Below are positions 29,087-39,250 of a stretch of DNA of 64,000 nt, one piece after another. The translations under genes were made by a program, and so were the position numbers. How positions within the stretch are numbered: position 1 is the first letter of the stretch; every line of letters begins with the position of its first letter. Location: NCBI GenBank assembly GCA_016179945.1, contig JACPCE010000001.1:9202-73201 (forward strand). Direction: 5' to 3'. The stretch comes from Candidatus Woesearchaeota archaeon (GTDB lineage: Archaea; Nanobdellota; Nanobdellia; SCGC-AAA011-G17; GW2011-AR18). A model generated the notes under the pieces. That model was given only the letters and a program-made list of their open reading frames with translations, was not told the DNA's origin and did no database searches.

Positions 29087-31282
29087 TCAATAAATTAAAT
29101 CCTGTATTACTTGATGCATAATCTTTCTAAACTCAACACTAAAAAAATCTTCTATTTCTTTTTTATTTATTAACAAATTTTTATCATTGTAATTACGAAA
29201 TAAACTCAACATTATTTGACGAACATAATAACCCTTCTTATCTATTTCTTGTAGATCGCCACTCAATACATCTGTAATATACAAAATAACACCCAAACCA
29301 ACATCTTTTTCTAGACATAACTCCCCAAGAGGAGCAAGATCCATATCGATTGAAACTAACTCATAAGGTTTAGAAAATAATGACTTAAGTTTATTGAGAA
29401 ATCCCATATGCTCTTGGTATGTCGCCGACATAAAAACATGATGAGTTTTGTAAAAATTATCTGTATTAAAATAACTATTTGAAGGTTTTTCAAGTAAAAT
29501 ATTTTCTATAGGAATTGGTAAATAAAATGAAGGATCTATTCTTACATAACTCTTTGGGTATACATAAATAACTTCAGGAATAACAATAGATTCAACAGGT
29601 ATGTTTTTTACTCCACCAGCAGTACCATAAAATATAAAGGTTTTTAGTCCTTGTTCTATTAAATCATTAACTTGATCCTGTATTGGTGTGCTAATTGGAT
29701 GTGGAAATAATTGCATATTCAAATTACCTATTTTCAGCATTAAAGGAATATCGAATATTGGCGAAACAATATCTTTAATTTTTGATTTATATTTATTCAA
29801 AATTAATTCTAAACTAATTAAAAACCTCTTTATTTCTCTATATTCATCATAGTTGAATAAAGGATTACGTTTATTTCTAAAAATCATATCAAATAATTCA
29901 GCACTTTCCATATCTTTAACTTTAAGTTTTGATACTAAATCCCTCACCTCCTGTTCTTTCATTTCAAAATCTCTTTGATCACTTTCACTAAATCTGCTTA
30001 ATTCAATTAGTTTAAAAAGTGCCTTCAAATAATCAAAAGAAGAGTCTTCGGTATAACCTTGTTTAAAAGGTGTTTGTAAGTAATCATAAAATCTAGTTTT
30101 AAAAGAAAGAGTAATATTCCCATTTGCTTCTTCACTATCAACAGAGAAACCTAAAGAAATTGCCTCTTTAATTAAATTAAATTTCTTCTGGCCAATACTA
30201 ATAGCTCTTCTAGTTTCATATGTTCTAAAACCTTTCTCAGACATGAAATTAAGTACAGTAAAAATAAAATCATTCAATATTAATCTAAAATTTTGATGAA
30301 AGTAAAGTTCTATTGTTTTTTGTAATAATTCATCCCACCAGCCAACTAAGGCTATTGAATTAGGATCCATTGTTTTGTAATATTTATCATCAACCAATTT
30401 TCCAGTTTCTCCAAAATCTAATATTTGTATTTCATCAGGATTAATCCCAGCAGCAAAGGCAAAAGTTTGCATGAAAATAAGAGGCACCCTAGAGTCAATA
30501 CCTGCATAAGCAAATTCAACAGGAACATATTTGTCCTCATCTCTTCCAAATACTATAAACATAGTTCTATCATCTAAATATTTCGCATAAGATTTTTTAG
30601 AAACAGCAACCAAATTTAATACCCCATTCTGAGAATATTTATTAGCTATGAAAGAAATCATTTTATCAACAGGACATAAATAAAGTTTCAGTTTATATTT
30701 CTTAATAAATGGAAGTAAACAATTAGGAAATCGTTCTTTAAGTAAATGTTTTTTAACAAAAACAATTTCTTCTCTTAAGGGGTTGTGTAAATAAACACGT
30801 GGATCGCCCTGTTTTACTCTACGTATTTTTATAACCTTGTCGTACTTACTTACAGTTAGTTCCCTCATATTATAATTAATTCCATTTTGAAAACCAGGAA
30901 CTAATATTTTAAAAAATTTTAAGTCTGATTCAAGATCAACATCAAAAGAAAAACCGCCCAAATCAACTTCTTCTTTCTTCACACTACCTAGTAATATAAT
31001 TATTTCATTTAAGAGTGTTTTATACTTTTCAGGATTGCTAAAAATTTTACTATAAACTTCTTCCCACTTACGTCCATATGACAAAAACGTCTTAAATTTT
31101 ATTAGCAATAATTTATCAGTTATAGGATCAAGTTCCCCACTATCAAGCAAAGTTACAATTAAAGAAATAACTTCTTCATATTGGGGTTCGTTTAGTGGTA
31201 ATTCATATTCAAAAATTTCTTTGAATAATCCTTTTAATACATAATAACACCTGTTTCTTATTTTTTCTTGCATATAATCCAT
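29087..31282 (-). CDS. Large protein with C-terminal nucleoside phosphorylase/AMP-nucleosidase-like domain
   Basis: FIFYGTAGG, IVIP, SIDMD, ILYITDV match the PNP_UDP fold; N-terminal 500 aa unrecognised. Confidence 0.6.
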   Translation of the reverse strand: MDYMQEKIRNRCYYVLKGLFKEIFEYELPLNEPQYEEVISLIVTLLDSGELDPITDKLLLIKFKTFLSYGRKWEEVYSKIFSNPEKYKTLLNEIIILLGSVKKEEVDLGGFSFDVDLESDLKFFKILVPGFQNGINYNMRELTVSKYDKVIKIRRVKQGDPRVYLHNPLREEIVFVKKHLLKERFPNCLLPFIKKYKLKLYLCPVDKMISFIANKYSQNGVLNLVAVSKKSYAKYLDDRTMFIVFGRDEDKYVPVEFAYAGIDSRVPLIFMQTFAFAAGINPDEIQILDFGETGKLVDDKYYKTMDPNSIALVGWWDELLQKTIELYFHQNFRLILNDFIFTVLNFMSEKGFRTYETRRAISIGQKKFNLIKEAISLGFSVDSEEANGNITLSFKTRFYDYLQTPFKQGYTEDSSFDYLKALFKLIELSRFSESDQRDFEMKEQEVRDLVSKLKVKDMESAELFDMIFRNKRNPLFNYDEYREIKRFLISLELILNKYKSKIKDIVSPIFDIPLMLKIGNLNMQLFPHPISTPIQDQVNDLIEQGLKTFIFYGTAGGVKNIPVESIVIPEVIYVYPKSYVRIDPSFYLPIPIENILLEKPSNSYFNTDNFYKTHHVFMSATYQEHMGFLNKLKSLFSKPYELVSIDMDLAPLGELCLEKDVGLGVILYITDVLSGDLQEIDKKGYYVRQIMLSLFRNYNDKNLLINKKEIEDFFSVEFRKIMHQVIQDLIY

Positions 31283-31299
31283 TATTATAAATCATAGTT

Positions 31300-32574
31300 T
31301 TATTTTAAAGTTTTTGAAGCCAATTTTAACATTCTAAAAGCATAGTTTACAGGGTTTTTACATCTATTACAAATACCATTCTCACATTTTACACCCATTG
31401 TTTTATAATAACTCTCATTATCGCAATTCGGCGGAGGCACAATTTTCTTCTGTCTTTTAAACCAGCTAATTTGTGATTTTATATATCCTTCTCTTAGTTG
31501 TTCATAATTTTTCTTATTCCATTCTAATAAAAATCCTTCTATGTCTTCCAAGTTCCACCCCATGTTTTGCAAAAAATTAACCAAAACAAATATTGACCTT
31601 TTTCTTCCGTCTTCTTTAACACCACCCATCAATTTTAAAATACAAGATGGAAAATAATCTGTCTTGATAGCAGTTTTTGGAACTTCAAATTTTTTCTCAA
31701 AAGTCTTCTTCTCTTCTATAAAACTTGTTTTCTTTGCCCAATCAAAAGCCTGTATCAATAACTCCCTGGCTTCATCCTTAACAGAATTTTCTGGGTCTAA
31801 AAACTTCAAGTTGAACTTAACATTTTCCATTTTAGCGTTTTCAATATTAAAATCCTTAATATCTTTAATTGGAATGCTTACCAATCCTGATTTTTCATTA
31901 ATAGAATACGCACATCTGAATAAATGTCTGCTTGAAATCAAAACGCTGTCAATATCAACTAATTTAAATGGATCAAATTTTCCATTAACAACAACATCAT
32001 TTAAATTTTTTCCGGTAGATTTTACTGCATCCTCAACTTTATATTTGCTTAAAATTTTAGAACTTAAAAAATCCTTAATCATATCTTTCAAATATTCAGA
32101 AATTACTCTAACACCATCTGGAAAGTAATTTTTTATATTTACATTATTAACTTCTTTAGGAAATGCCTCAAATGGAATCCCAATATGAAGTCCTCTGTTG
32201 CCAGAAAATTTTAATGAATAATTTTTTACATCGTGGAATTTCAAGGCTTCAATAATTAATTCCCCACACATCAAGCCAAAATCCAAGTTCTTGCTATCAA
32301 TATCAACTAAAAGATCCCATCCAAAACGCAATTCGTCTAGCTGCCTTTTGGCCAACCCAGATTCAAGTAACAAAGGATCTCTCCATCGTTCCTCGCTTAT
32401 ATGAAAAGAAGTCATTCCTTGCTTAATTAGGTCTTTTATATCCCCTTCAAAATTAACTATCTCTGGTCTTTTTCCCCTTATTTCTCCAAACCAAGCCTGA
32501 ACTTCTCTGCCTTGTGATAATCTGAGAAATTCCTTCTGAACTTCCCTTTGTGAATAATAACCTTTAATATCCAT
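31300..32574 (-). CDS. DNA primase, fused PriS-PriL (DPANN type)
   Basis: GWDLLVDID, KFSGNRGLH, RHLFR (PriS) plus FPSCI, GRKR, PPNC (PriL C-terminal domain). Confidence 0.92.
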   Translation of the reverse strand: MDIKGYYSQREVQKEFLRLSQGREVQAWFGEIRGKRPEIVNFEGDIKDLIKQGMTSFHISEERWRDPLLLESGLAKRQLDELRFGWDLLVDIDSKNLDFGLMCGELIIEALKFHDVKNYSLKFSGNRGLHIGIPFEAFPKEVNNVNIKNYFPDGVRVISEYLKDMIKDFLSSKILSKYKVEDAVKSTGKNLNDVVVNGKFDPFKLVDIDSVLISSRHLFRCAYSINEKSGLVSIPIKDIKDFNIENAKMENVKFNLKFLDPENSVKDEARELLIQAFDWAKKTSFIEEKKTFEKKFEVPKTAIKTDYFPSCILKLMGGVKEDGRKRSIFVLVNFLQNMGWNLEDIEGFLLEWNKKNYEQLREGYIKSQISWFKRQKKIVPPPNCDNESYYKTMGVKCENGICNRCKNPVNYAFRMLKLASKTLK

Positions 32575-32632
32575 AAAAGAAATATTCAAACATCATTTAA
32601 ATAAATTATGCGATTGTAAAAGATAAAAGAAA

Positions 32633-33049
32633 TTACTCTTCAAGAGCTTCTTCCCTAACCTTACTAAAATCTTCTTGTAAAATATTAAGTTTTCCAACAG
32701 TATTATTAACCTCTTCTTTTAGTTGTTCAAGAACATTTGTGACATCACCTAGTTGTTTTTCAACAGTTTCTTTTGCTTCATCAACTGTTTTCTCAACGCA
32801 AACATTATTTCCAACATTCATAATAACACTATTATTATCTTTTATTTCTCCTTTAAGAAAAATTCCACTTCCAAAAGGCATAAGAACTTCATCATTGACT
32901 TTAGTTTGTTTTAATTGTGTAAGTCCATCATCAAGATAACTTAAATCAACAATGTGTTTTTCTAAAGAAGTTATATTTTGTTGCAGTTGTTGCAATTGCT
33001 GAACTAACTCTTGATATTCCATATACTTTTCTTTTAAATTTTCTTTCAT
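32633..33049 (-). CDS. pfdA: Prefoldin alpha subunit
   Basis: Coiled coils flanking EVLMPFGSGIF and MNVGNNVCVEKT hairpins. Confidence 0.92.
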   Translation of the reverse strand: MKENLKEKYMEYQELVQQLQQLQQNITSLEKHIVDLSYLDDGLTQLKQTKVNDEVLMPFGSGIFLKGEIKDNNSVIMNVGNNVCVEKTVDEAKETVEKQLGDVTNVLEQLKEEVNNTVGKLNILQEDFSKVREEALEE

Positions 33050-33387
33050 TCTTTCTTCTTTAAAGTTTTCTTCTCTACAGCAGTTTCACTTTTCTTCGTC
33101 TTTCTCAATTTGGTTGGCTTTTCCTTTCCTTCCTTTCTCTTCACTTTCTTAACATCTAATATTTTAAAGCCGGCGTCACTCAACGATCTCCTCACGTCGC
33201 TCGTTTCAGCCCCTTTCTTTATCTTAATCTTCTTGTCCAAAAACTCCAGATGTGACATATTACATTTTTTTCTTCTAGTGCTTCCATCAACTAAAACATA
33301 TTTACCATCCAAAACATCTACAACAGCACAAATCTGTCCTGCATCTCTGCCAGCAATCTTAACAGCAACATCTCCTACTTCAACCAT
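33046..33387 (-). CDS. rpl14e: 50S ribosomal protein L14e
   Basis: KIAGRDAG, VLVDG..RRKKCNMSHLE. Confidence 0.95.
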   Translation of the reverse strand: MVEVGDVAVKIAGRDAGQICAVVDVLDGKYVLVDGSTRRKKCNMSHLEFLDKKIKIKKGAETSDVRRSLSDAGFKILDVKKVKRKEGKEKPTKLRKTKKSETAVEKKTLKKKE

Positions 33388-33388
33388 T

Positions 33389-33664
33389 TTACACTCCTAG
33401 CTTCCTAGCTTTTTCAACCATTGTTTTTCTCATGCATCTACTGCACAACACACCACCAAAAGGCCTTTCAGGTCTCTTCTGTGTTTTAGCTAATTTACTA
33501 ATAGAAGAAACTCTTCCTCTTGCTACACCCTTTAAATATTCACCGCAATTTGAACACTGTGGTTTCCCAGGCTTTCTAAATTTATAATGTATGACAGTAT
33601 TTCCGCCAGGCGTTCTAACATTAGCCCTTCTAAATCTTCTTGATCTAAATCTTGGTGCAACCAT
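33389..33664 (-). CDS. rpl34e: 50S ribosomal protein L34e
   Basis: RTPGG, CSNCG, RPERPFGGVLCSRC. Confidence 0.96.
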   Translation of the reverse strand: MVAPRFRSRRFRRANVRTPGGNTVIHYKFRKPGKPQCSNCGEYLKGVARGRVSSISKLAKTQKRPERPFGGVLCSRCMRKTMVEKARKLGV

Positions 33665-33675
33665 ACTAAATCCTC

Positions 33676-34131
33676 CTAATAAACCTTCATTACACTCCTT
33701 AATATCATGCTAAAAATAAATGAAAACAAAATATAAGCTCCTATTCCTCCAAGGCCTAAAAATAAAGTTCCAAATGGCTCATAAGTTTTTCTTATCCATA
33801 TGAAAACAAACAAAAAAGGAATTAATGTTGCTATCATTGGTTTTATACTTTGTTTATATTGAATCTTCATATTTTCAAATCCTTCTTTAGCCATCTTGGA
33901 ATTTAGTTCAGCCATTTTCTTAGGATCTCCCTTATGCTTTTTAATTTCTTCTCGCAATGAATTTGTTTTTTCTTTCAAAGATTTTAATAATATTTGGTCT
34001 GTTAAATACTTCCAAGCAATAGTACTAAGTAAAGACAATATAAAGGATACAAGTATTATTCCAAATATAGGACTGATTACAACAGCCCATCCAAATAACA
34101 GATCAAAAAATTTATTCAGTACTTCAACCAT
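33676..34131 (-). CDS. DUF106 / EMC3-Oxa1 superfamily membrane insertase
   Basis: TM, coiled coil, KPMIATLIP; conserved position after secY. Confidence 0.85.
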   Translation of the reverse strand: MVEVLNKFFDLLFGWAVVISPIFGIILVSFILSLLSTIAWKYLTDQILLKSLKEKTNSLREEIKKHKGDPKKMAELNSKMAKEGFENMKIQYKQSIKPMIATLIPFLFVFIWIRKTYEPFGTLFLGLGGIGAYILFSFIFSMILRSVMKVY

Positions 34132-35520
34132 TTATCCTCCCATCATCTTCCTCATTGCAGGATGCATATCTACCATATGCTGCCTTGCAATATCTTCATA
34201 AAGCTTGTATATAATCATTACTGCTAGTAAAATTCCAGTACCTCTTGACAAAGCACCCAATAAATCAGCACTTGCAGCAATTACACCTATAAACAACCCA
34301 CCCATAATAGTTAATGGAAATATATATCTTTCTAAAACCTTTTCTAAAATCCTTTGGTCTGTTCTAAAGCCAGCAATATGCAAACCAGCAGCTCTTATTT
34401 GCTTAGCCTGTGCAGCTGCATCCATTCCAGAAGTTTGGACCCAAAATATTGAAAATACAACCGAACCTAAAGCTAATATCAAAATATAAACAAGTGCTCT
34501 CAAAATATCAATCCAAACAAAAGAGCCTGTAAGTATATTAGTAACAATAGCAGGACCGCTTACCCAGTTAACTATTGCATTAGCTGCTCCAACACCAACT
34601 ATCCCTTTGGTCTGTAAAAATGTAGCACCTAATTGAACATTAGCAAGCAATGCTGCAATAAGAATAACAGGTATGTTGCTTGTGTACAAAAAATTCAAAG
34701 GCCACCTGACACCGTAACCACTAACCCTGCCAAAGCTCAAAGGAATTTCAACCTTCATAGCCTGGGCATAAACAGAAATAACAAAGACAATAACAGTAGC
34801 TAAAACACTAACTATTGCAATCAAGGCCTCTCTGGGAGCTCCGCTTAACAAAGAACTAAAGAAAACAAGTATTGCACCTACAGGAGGCTGGCCAGACCCA
34901 AAAGCTGCTTGTCCTAAGGTATTCAAAGGACTAAATGCCCTTATAAAAATCTCTGAAGCAACTCCTGCTGCTATAAACAAACTTACACCAGACCCAAAAC
35001 CCCACTTGCTTACAACCTCATCCATGAAGACAACAAGCAACCCGCCAATTATCAATTGTATTATTAATATCAATTGAAAACTAAAATAAGCAGGAGTCCC
35101 TGCCAATCCAGGATTTGGAGCTAATCCTCCAAGCATAACATAAACTATAGATTCAAAGAAAACAAAAAAAATAGTAGTTAGTTTTTGTAATCCTTGAAAT
35201 AAAGTTCTTCCATCATGTGTTGTTAAATCAATCTTAATTATTCCAGCACCAACAAGCAGCTGCAATACAATAGATGAAGTAACTATAGGTCCTATACCTA
35301 AACTAAGTATAGATCCAAAACTTGCACCTAATATAATTGAAAGTTCTCTAAATCTACTAAGTGAATTTTCACCTAATCCATAAAGAGGTATAACAGACAG
35401 AATATAAAAAGCTATTAAAATTAACAAAGTCCAAACAAATTTTTCCTTAAAACCAAGTTTTTTTTGCTCTGGCTTCTTAACCTCTGGCAAAAAAGAAACA
35501 ATATTACTGATTAGAGACAT
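34132..35520 (-). CDS. secY: Protein translocase subunit SecY
   Basis: LGIGPIVTSSIVLQLL, DEVVSKWGFGSGVSLFIAAG, YTSNIPVIL, GTGILL. Confidence 0.98.
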   Translation of the reverse strand: MSLISNIVSFLPEVKKPEQKKLGFKEKFVWTLLILIAFYILSVIPLYGLGENSLSRFRELSIILGASFGSILSLGIGPIVTSSIVLQLLVGAGIIKIDLTTHDGRTLFQGLQKLTTIFFVFFESIVYVMLGGLAPNPGLAGTPAYFSFQLILIIQLIIGGLLVVFMDEVVSKWGFGSGVSLFIAAGVASEIFIRAFSPLNTLGQAAFGSGQPPVGAILVFFSSLLSGAPREALIAIVSVLATVIVFVISVYAQAMKVEIPLSFGRVSGYGVRWPLNFLYTSNIPVILIAALLANVQLGATFLQTKGIVGVGAANAIVNWVSGPAIVTNILTGSFVWIDILRALVYILILALGSVVFSIFWVQTSGMDAAAQAKQIRAAGLHIAGFRTDQRILEKVLERYIFPLTIMGGLFIGVIAASADLLGALSRGTGILLAVMIIYKLYEDIARQHMVDMHPAMRKMMGG

Positions 35521-35971
35521 CTTCTTTTATTATTACTCCCCCTATCTCTTCTACCTTTTTAATAGCTTGTGCTGAAAAATAAGGTGCAGTTATTTTTAAT
35601 TTAACATTTAATTTGCCGCCACCCAATAATTTCTGATAACCTAATTTCTCTATATCAACAACGTAAAAATCTTTTTCCTTGGTAATTAATTTCCTACTTA
35701 AATAAACGTCTAACTTATTCTGCAAATTATCTAAATTAACAGCTTTAATTTTCTTTACTAATTTTTGAGGCCTGTGAAATCCATGCTTTCCAAAATATTC
35801 ATTGCCATAAATTTGTAATATTGTAGGTTTTTTCTGGTCAGCCCTTTTACCACTTCCAGCCATTCCTCTTCCACCCCTGTTGCCTGCACCTCTGTGTTTC
35901 TTCTTGGCTCCCCATCCATGGGTGTGTGTGCCCCTCATTCTAGAATATTTTCTTCTTTTGTGTACAGTCAT
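35504..35971 (-). CDS. rpl15: 50S ribosomal protein uL15
   Basis: RGTHTHGWG..KKHRGAGNRGGRGMAG, FGKHGF. Confidence 0.96.
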   Translation of the reverse strand: MTVHKRRKYSRMRGTHTHGWGAKKKHRGAGNRGGRGMAGSGKRADQKKPTILQIYGNEYFGKHGFHRPQKLVKKIKAVNLDNLQNKLDVYLSRKLITKEKDFYVVDIEKLGYQKLLGGGKLNVKLKITAPYFSAQAIKKVEEIGGVIIKEDVSNQ

Positions 35972-35972
35972 A

Positions 35973-36440
35973 TTACAACATCCTTTTGACTAAATCATTA
36001 ATTGCATCTTTTCTATATCCTAAAGCTCCGCCTAAACTATAGGGTTTTTTTATTCCACCCCTGTCAAATCCGCCCTTTGGTGGTTTTAACCTAAAAAAAG
36101 TTTTTAACCCTGGAACATCCTTAAAATTTATTTTCGAAGACATAACATTGTTGACAAAATCATCAAAACTCATCTTTGCATTTTCCTTCAAGTATTGTTC
36201 TGTAAGTGGTTTATTTCCTGTAATTCTGCCCCTCTTCTCCAACAATAACTTCATAGTTTCATTATTAATTTCTCCCCAAGTTATATAATCTTTCAACAAG
36301 ACAAGCATTCCAAGATAATTTCTATTATTCTCAACAACAACACAGCTATTTTTTCTTACAAGTTTAAGCATTTGCAAAGTATCAATAAGTTTTCTATTCA
36401 TACCAACTGCTCCTCTGATTTGAACTGCTGCTAATTTCAT
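35973..36440 (-). CDS. rpl30: 50S ribosomal protein uL30
   Basis: DYITWGE, FRLKPPKGG, GGALGYR. Confidence 0.95.
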   Translation of the reverse strand: MKLAAVQIRGAVGMNRKLIDTLQMLKLVRKNSCVVVENNRNYLGMLVLLKDYITWGEINNETMKLLLEKRGRITGNKPLTEQYLKENAKMSFDDFVNNVMSSKINFKDVPGLKTFFRLKPPKGGFDRGGIKKPYSLGGALGYRKDAINDLVKRML

Positions 36441-37159
36441 ACTTCTAACTTAGACGTTGTTCCCTCAACAACTCCCGCCTCCTTCACAAAATCTTCATTT
36501 AATTTTATTTTTGATAATTGTTTAAGTGCATTAAAACACGCTATAAAAAAATTCAGTTTTGTTGCTGTTTGTCCTTTGGTTTTTGCATAAACATCTTTTA
36601 TTCCAGCAAGTCCGAGTAAAACTCTGCATTTCCTTTCAGCCTTTAACCCAGTACCTCTTGGAGCAGCCATAAGTGTAACTCTAACACTCCCGCACTTTCC
36701 ACTTACTTTAAAAGGAATAGAGTGTGGTGTCCTGCAATCACAATCCCAAGAACCGCAAGCTCTTCTTATCTTAATAATGTTTAATTTTGCCTTCCTAGTT
36801 GCCTTTTCTCTTGCAGGCACTGTTTCTTTTGAACTTCCAAACCCAACACCAACATAACCATCTTTGTTTCCAACAACAGCAAATGCAGAAAATTTAATTC
36901 TATTTCCTTCAGAAGTCTTTTTCTGTGTTTGTTTCCATATGCTTCCTTTACCGCCACCAAATTTTCCCTTGCTCTGCCCAACTTCTAATAATTGAACTTC
37001 CAAGTTAGGCAATAAAACATCAATTATCTCAGGCTCTAATATCCTGTGTCCTTTGTCAAGAATTTCTCCAAGATCATTTATCTCTCTATTTTTGACCTTC
37101 TTACCCAATTCGGTTCTAGGTTTCCAATCATCAATATTAAAAATATTACTTACTGCCAT
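36437..37159 (-). CDS. rps5: 30S ribosomal protein uS5
   Basis: WKPRTELG, VVGNKDGYVG, CGSWDC..PHSIPFKVSGK. Confidence 0.96.
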   Translation of the reverse strand: MAVSNIFNIDDWKPRTELGKKVKNREINDLGEILDKGHRILEPEIIDVLLPNLEVQLLEVGQSKGKFGGGKGSIWKQTQKKTSEGNRIKFSAFAVVGNKDGYVGVGFGSSKETVPAREKATRKAKLNIIKIRRACGSWDCDCRTPHSIPFKVSGKCGSVRVTLMAAPRGTGLKAERKCRVLLGLAGIKDVYAKTKGQTATKLNFFIACFNALKQLSKIKLNEDFVKEAGVVEGTTSKLEV

Positions 37160-37733
37160 CTTTTACTATTTTATTCTTAACCTCCTCAAAATGTTTAATA
37201 AATTCATCAGGTTTCAAGCCAGATTTTAAATAATTAGAAAATTGTTTTTGGTAACTTGGACTTCCTTTTATTTTTTCAGCATAATTCTGAATATGAAGTC
37301 CTTTTATTCTATCCTCACTTGGCAAATATTTCTCGCTAACAGAAATATTAAATCCAGAATCAATCAATCCTTTAAGCGCAGCAAAAAAACTAGAACCTCT
37401 AATAATCCTAAAACACCCAAAATCAGCAACACCAGAATTAATATTTTTTTTCTTAGCCTTTAAGCCGCATAACAAACCAACAAGATAAGAAGAAGACACA
37501 TTGCCACGATGGCCCTTCCAGCCATACTTAATAAGTTCTCTTGTGTAAGCAGAGACTAAAACCCTATCACCTTTTTCAGAAAAGTCAACAATCTGGACTG
37601 AAAAATTATTTAACATTCTCCTTAAAACAACTCTAAAGTTTCTAGAAACAAGAAGATTTAATCTAGTTCTATAATCTGTCTTGCCTTTTCTTTTCCTTCT
37701 AAAATCCAAAGTATAAGCTTTTCCTTTTTTCAT
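37146..37733 (-). CDS. rpl18: 50S ribosomal protein uL18
   Basis: FRRKRKGKTDYRTRL, ELIKYGWK, RIKGLHI. Confidence 0.96.
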   Translation of the reverse strand: MKKGKAYTLDFRRKRKGKTDYRTRLNLLVSRNFRVVLRRMLNNFSVQIVDFSEKGDRVLVSAYTRELIKYGWKGHRGNVSSSYLVGLLCGLKAKKKNINSGVADFGCFRIIRGSSFFAALKGLIDSGFNISVSEKYLPSEDRIKGLHIQNYAEKIKGSPSYQKQFSNYLKSGLKPDEFIKHFEEVKNKIVKDGSK

Positions 37734-38182
37734 TTTTTAACCCATAAATTATGTTCTGTCAAGTAAAGTTTTATATGTCTTCTGCTTCTAAAAAATCCGC
37801 CTTTTGCCTTTGCTCTCAAATTTGAATAAGTATTATTAGTTATTTTACTTTTGTTTAGTAATTGATAAAACAAATCCCTCTGTGCTCTAATTCTATTTAC
37901 CCATGCTTCTTTCCTGCCTAAACGTGATGTTTTCTTACCTTTTTTAGATCCTGGGCCGCTCATTCTTCCCTTGCGCTTTTGCTTTATAAAAGTTCTAAAC
38001 CTTCCTCTTGAAACTCCTTTCTTTTGCTTGACAAGTACAACTCCAGTAGCTATTAATTTTCTTATATCGTCCCTTGTTATTGCTTCTTTAATCTCAGTAA
38101 CCTTTGCAGGATCAAACCACACCCTATCAAAACCAACTTTCAATAACCTAGATGCAATCAATCTTTTATTTTTTAAGTTCAT
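37730..38182 (-). CDS. rpl19e: 50S ribosomal protein L19e
   Basis: RVWFDP, AITRDDIRKLI, GPGSKKG, KAKGGFF. Confidence 0.96.
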   Translation of the reverse strand: MNLKNKRLIASRLLKVGFDRVWFDPAKVTEIKEAITRDDIRKLIATGVVLVKQKKGVSRGRFRTFIKQKRKGRMSGPGSKKGKKTSRLGRKEAWVNRIRAQRDLFYQLLNKSKITNNTYSNLRAKAKGGFFRSRRHIKLYLTEHNLWVKK

Positions 38183-38699
38183 TTTTATCCTCTGGTTTCA
38201 ATTCCTTACTTTTTTCTTTAGATTTTTCAGCTTCCTCTACTTTCCTTTTCTTAGATTCTTTCTTGCTTTCAGATTCTTTTTTCCTTGAATTTATATTTTC
38301 AGCAGCTTTAGATAAATAATTATCAATGTCTTTCACACCCAAAACATGTAGTTTTTTATTTTTAATTTCATTAATTATTTGTATTCTTTTTTTCATACCG
38401 ACACTATGTGAAATAATAACAGCATTTTTATCGTCTAAATTCTTCAAATCATTAATATTATAAACAACAACAGCTAACAAACCTTTTCTAGTTAAACCTT
38501 TGACAGCATTAGGGCCGCTATACCCTATAGAAGGAATTCCACCGTGTCCTTTAAATCCTCTTCTCAACTTGCTGTGTATTCCTTTTGGTTTTCTCCATTC
38601 TCCTTTAAACTGCTTGAAAATATTAGAGTCTTGTCTTTGAAACAAAGGCTTCTTGCTCTTTGCCTTATTTCTAAACTGTAAAAGTTCTTTCTTATTCAT
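38166..38699 (-). CDS. rpl32e: 50S ribosomal protein L32e
   Basis: KPLFQRQD, WRKPKGIHSKLR, PSIGY. Confidence 0.95.
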   Translation of the reverse strand: MNKKELLQFRNKAKSKKPLFQRQDSNIFKQFKGEWRKPKGIHSKLRRGFKGHGGIPSIGYSGPNAVKGLTRKGLLAVVVYNINDLKNLDDKNAVIISHSVGMKKRIQIINEIKNKKLHVLGVKDIDNYLSKAAENINSRKKESESKKESKKRKVEEAEKSKEKSKELKPEDKNELKK

Positions 38700-39249
38700 C
38701 TTCTTCTCCAGGTTTTGAAATTATAAAACAACCATCTTGGAATATTCTCCTATCTTTATCTGTAATTCTTGTAGTTTGTTCAATAGTCGCTGCAGTCTGT
38801 CCTACTTTTTCTTTATCTAAACCTTTAACTATAATAATATCTCCTTGAACTTGAACATTAACACCATCTAAAATCTTTGCTTTTCTAGGAACTTTCTCTC
38901 CTAGAAAATTTTTAATAACAACATTGCTTCCATCAACATTTATATTCATTGGAAAATGCCCTGAACATATTTTTAATTTTGCAGTATATCCCTTGACAGC
39001 ACCAAAAAACATGTTTTTAATATGCGCCTTATAAGTATTCATTATCATCTTATCGTTTTGAGAAAATTTCATTCCTTGCTTACACTTGAAAATTATTTTA
39101 TTTTCTTCCTTGCTAATTTTAATCCTTGGATTTAAAAAGTTACGCTGTAATTGGCCTTTTGGACCTTTGACTATAACAAGACTATTAGCTACATCAACAT
39201 TAATTCCCTGAGAAATATCCAACTCAGTGCTATAGGATTTACTAGCCAT
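38692..39249 (-). CDS. rpl6: 50S ribosomal protein uL6
   Basis: VKGPKG, HFPM, NFLGEK, DRRIFQDG. Confidence 0.96.
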   Translation of the reverse strand: MASKSYSTELDISQGINVDVANSLVIVKGPKGQLQRNFLNPRIKISKEENKIIFKCKQGMKFSQNDKMIMNTYKAHIKNMFFGAVKGYTAKLKICSGHFPMNINVDGSNVVIKNFLGEKVPRKAKILDGVNVQVQGDIIIVKGLDKEKVGQTAATIEQTTRITDKDRRIFQDGCFIISKPGEEDE

Positions 39250-39250
39250 T

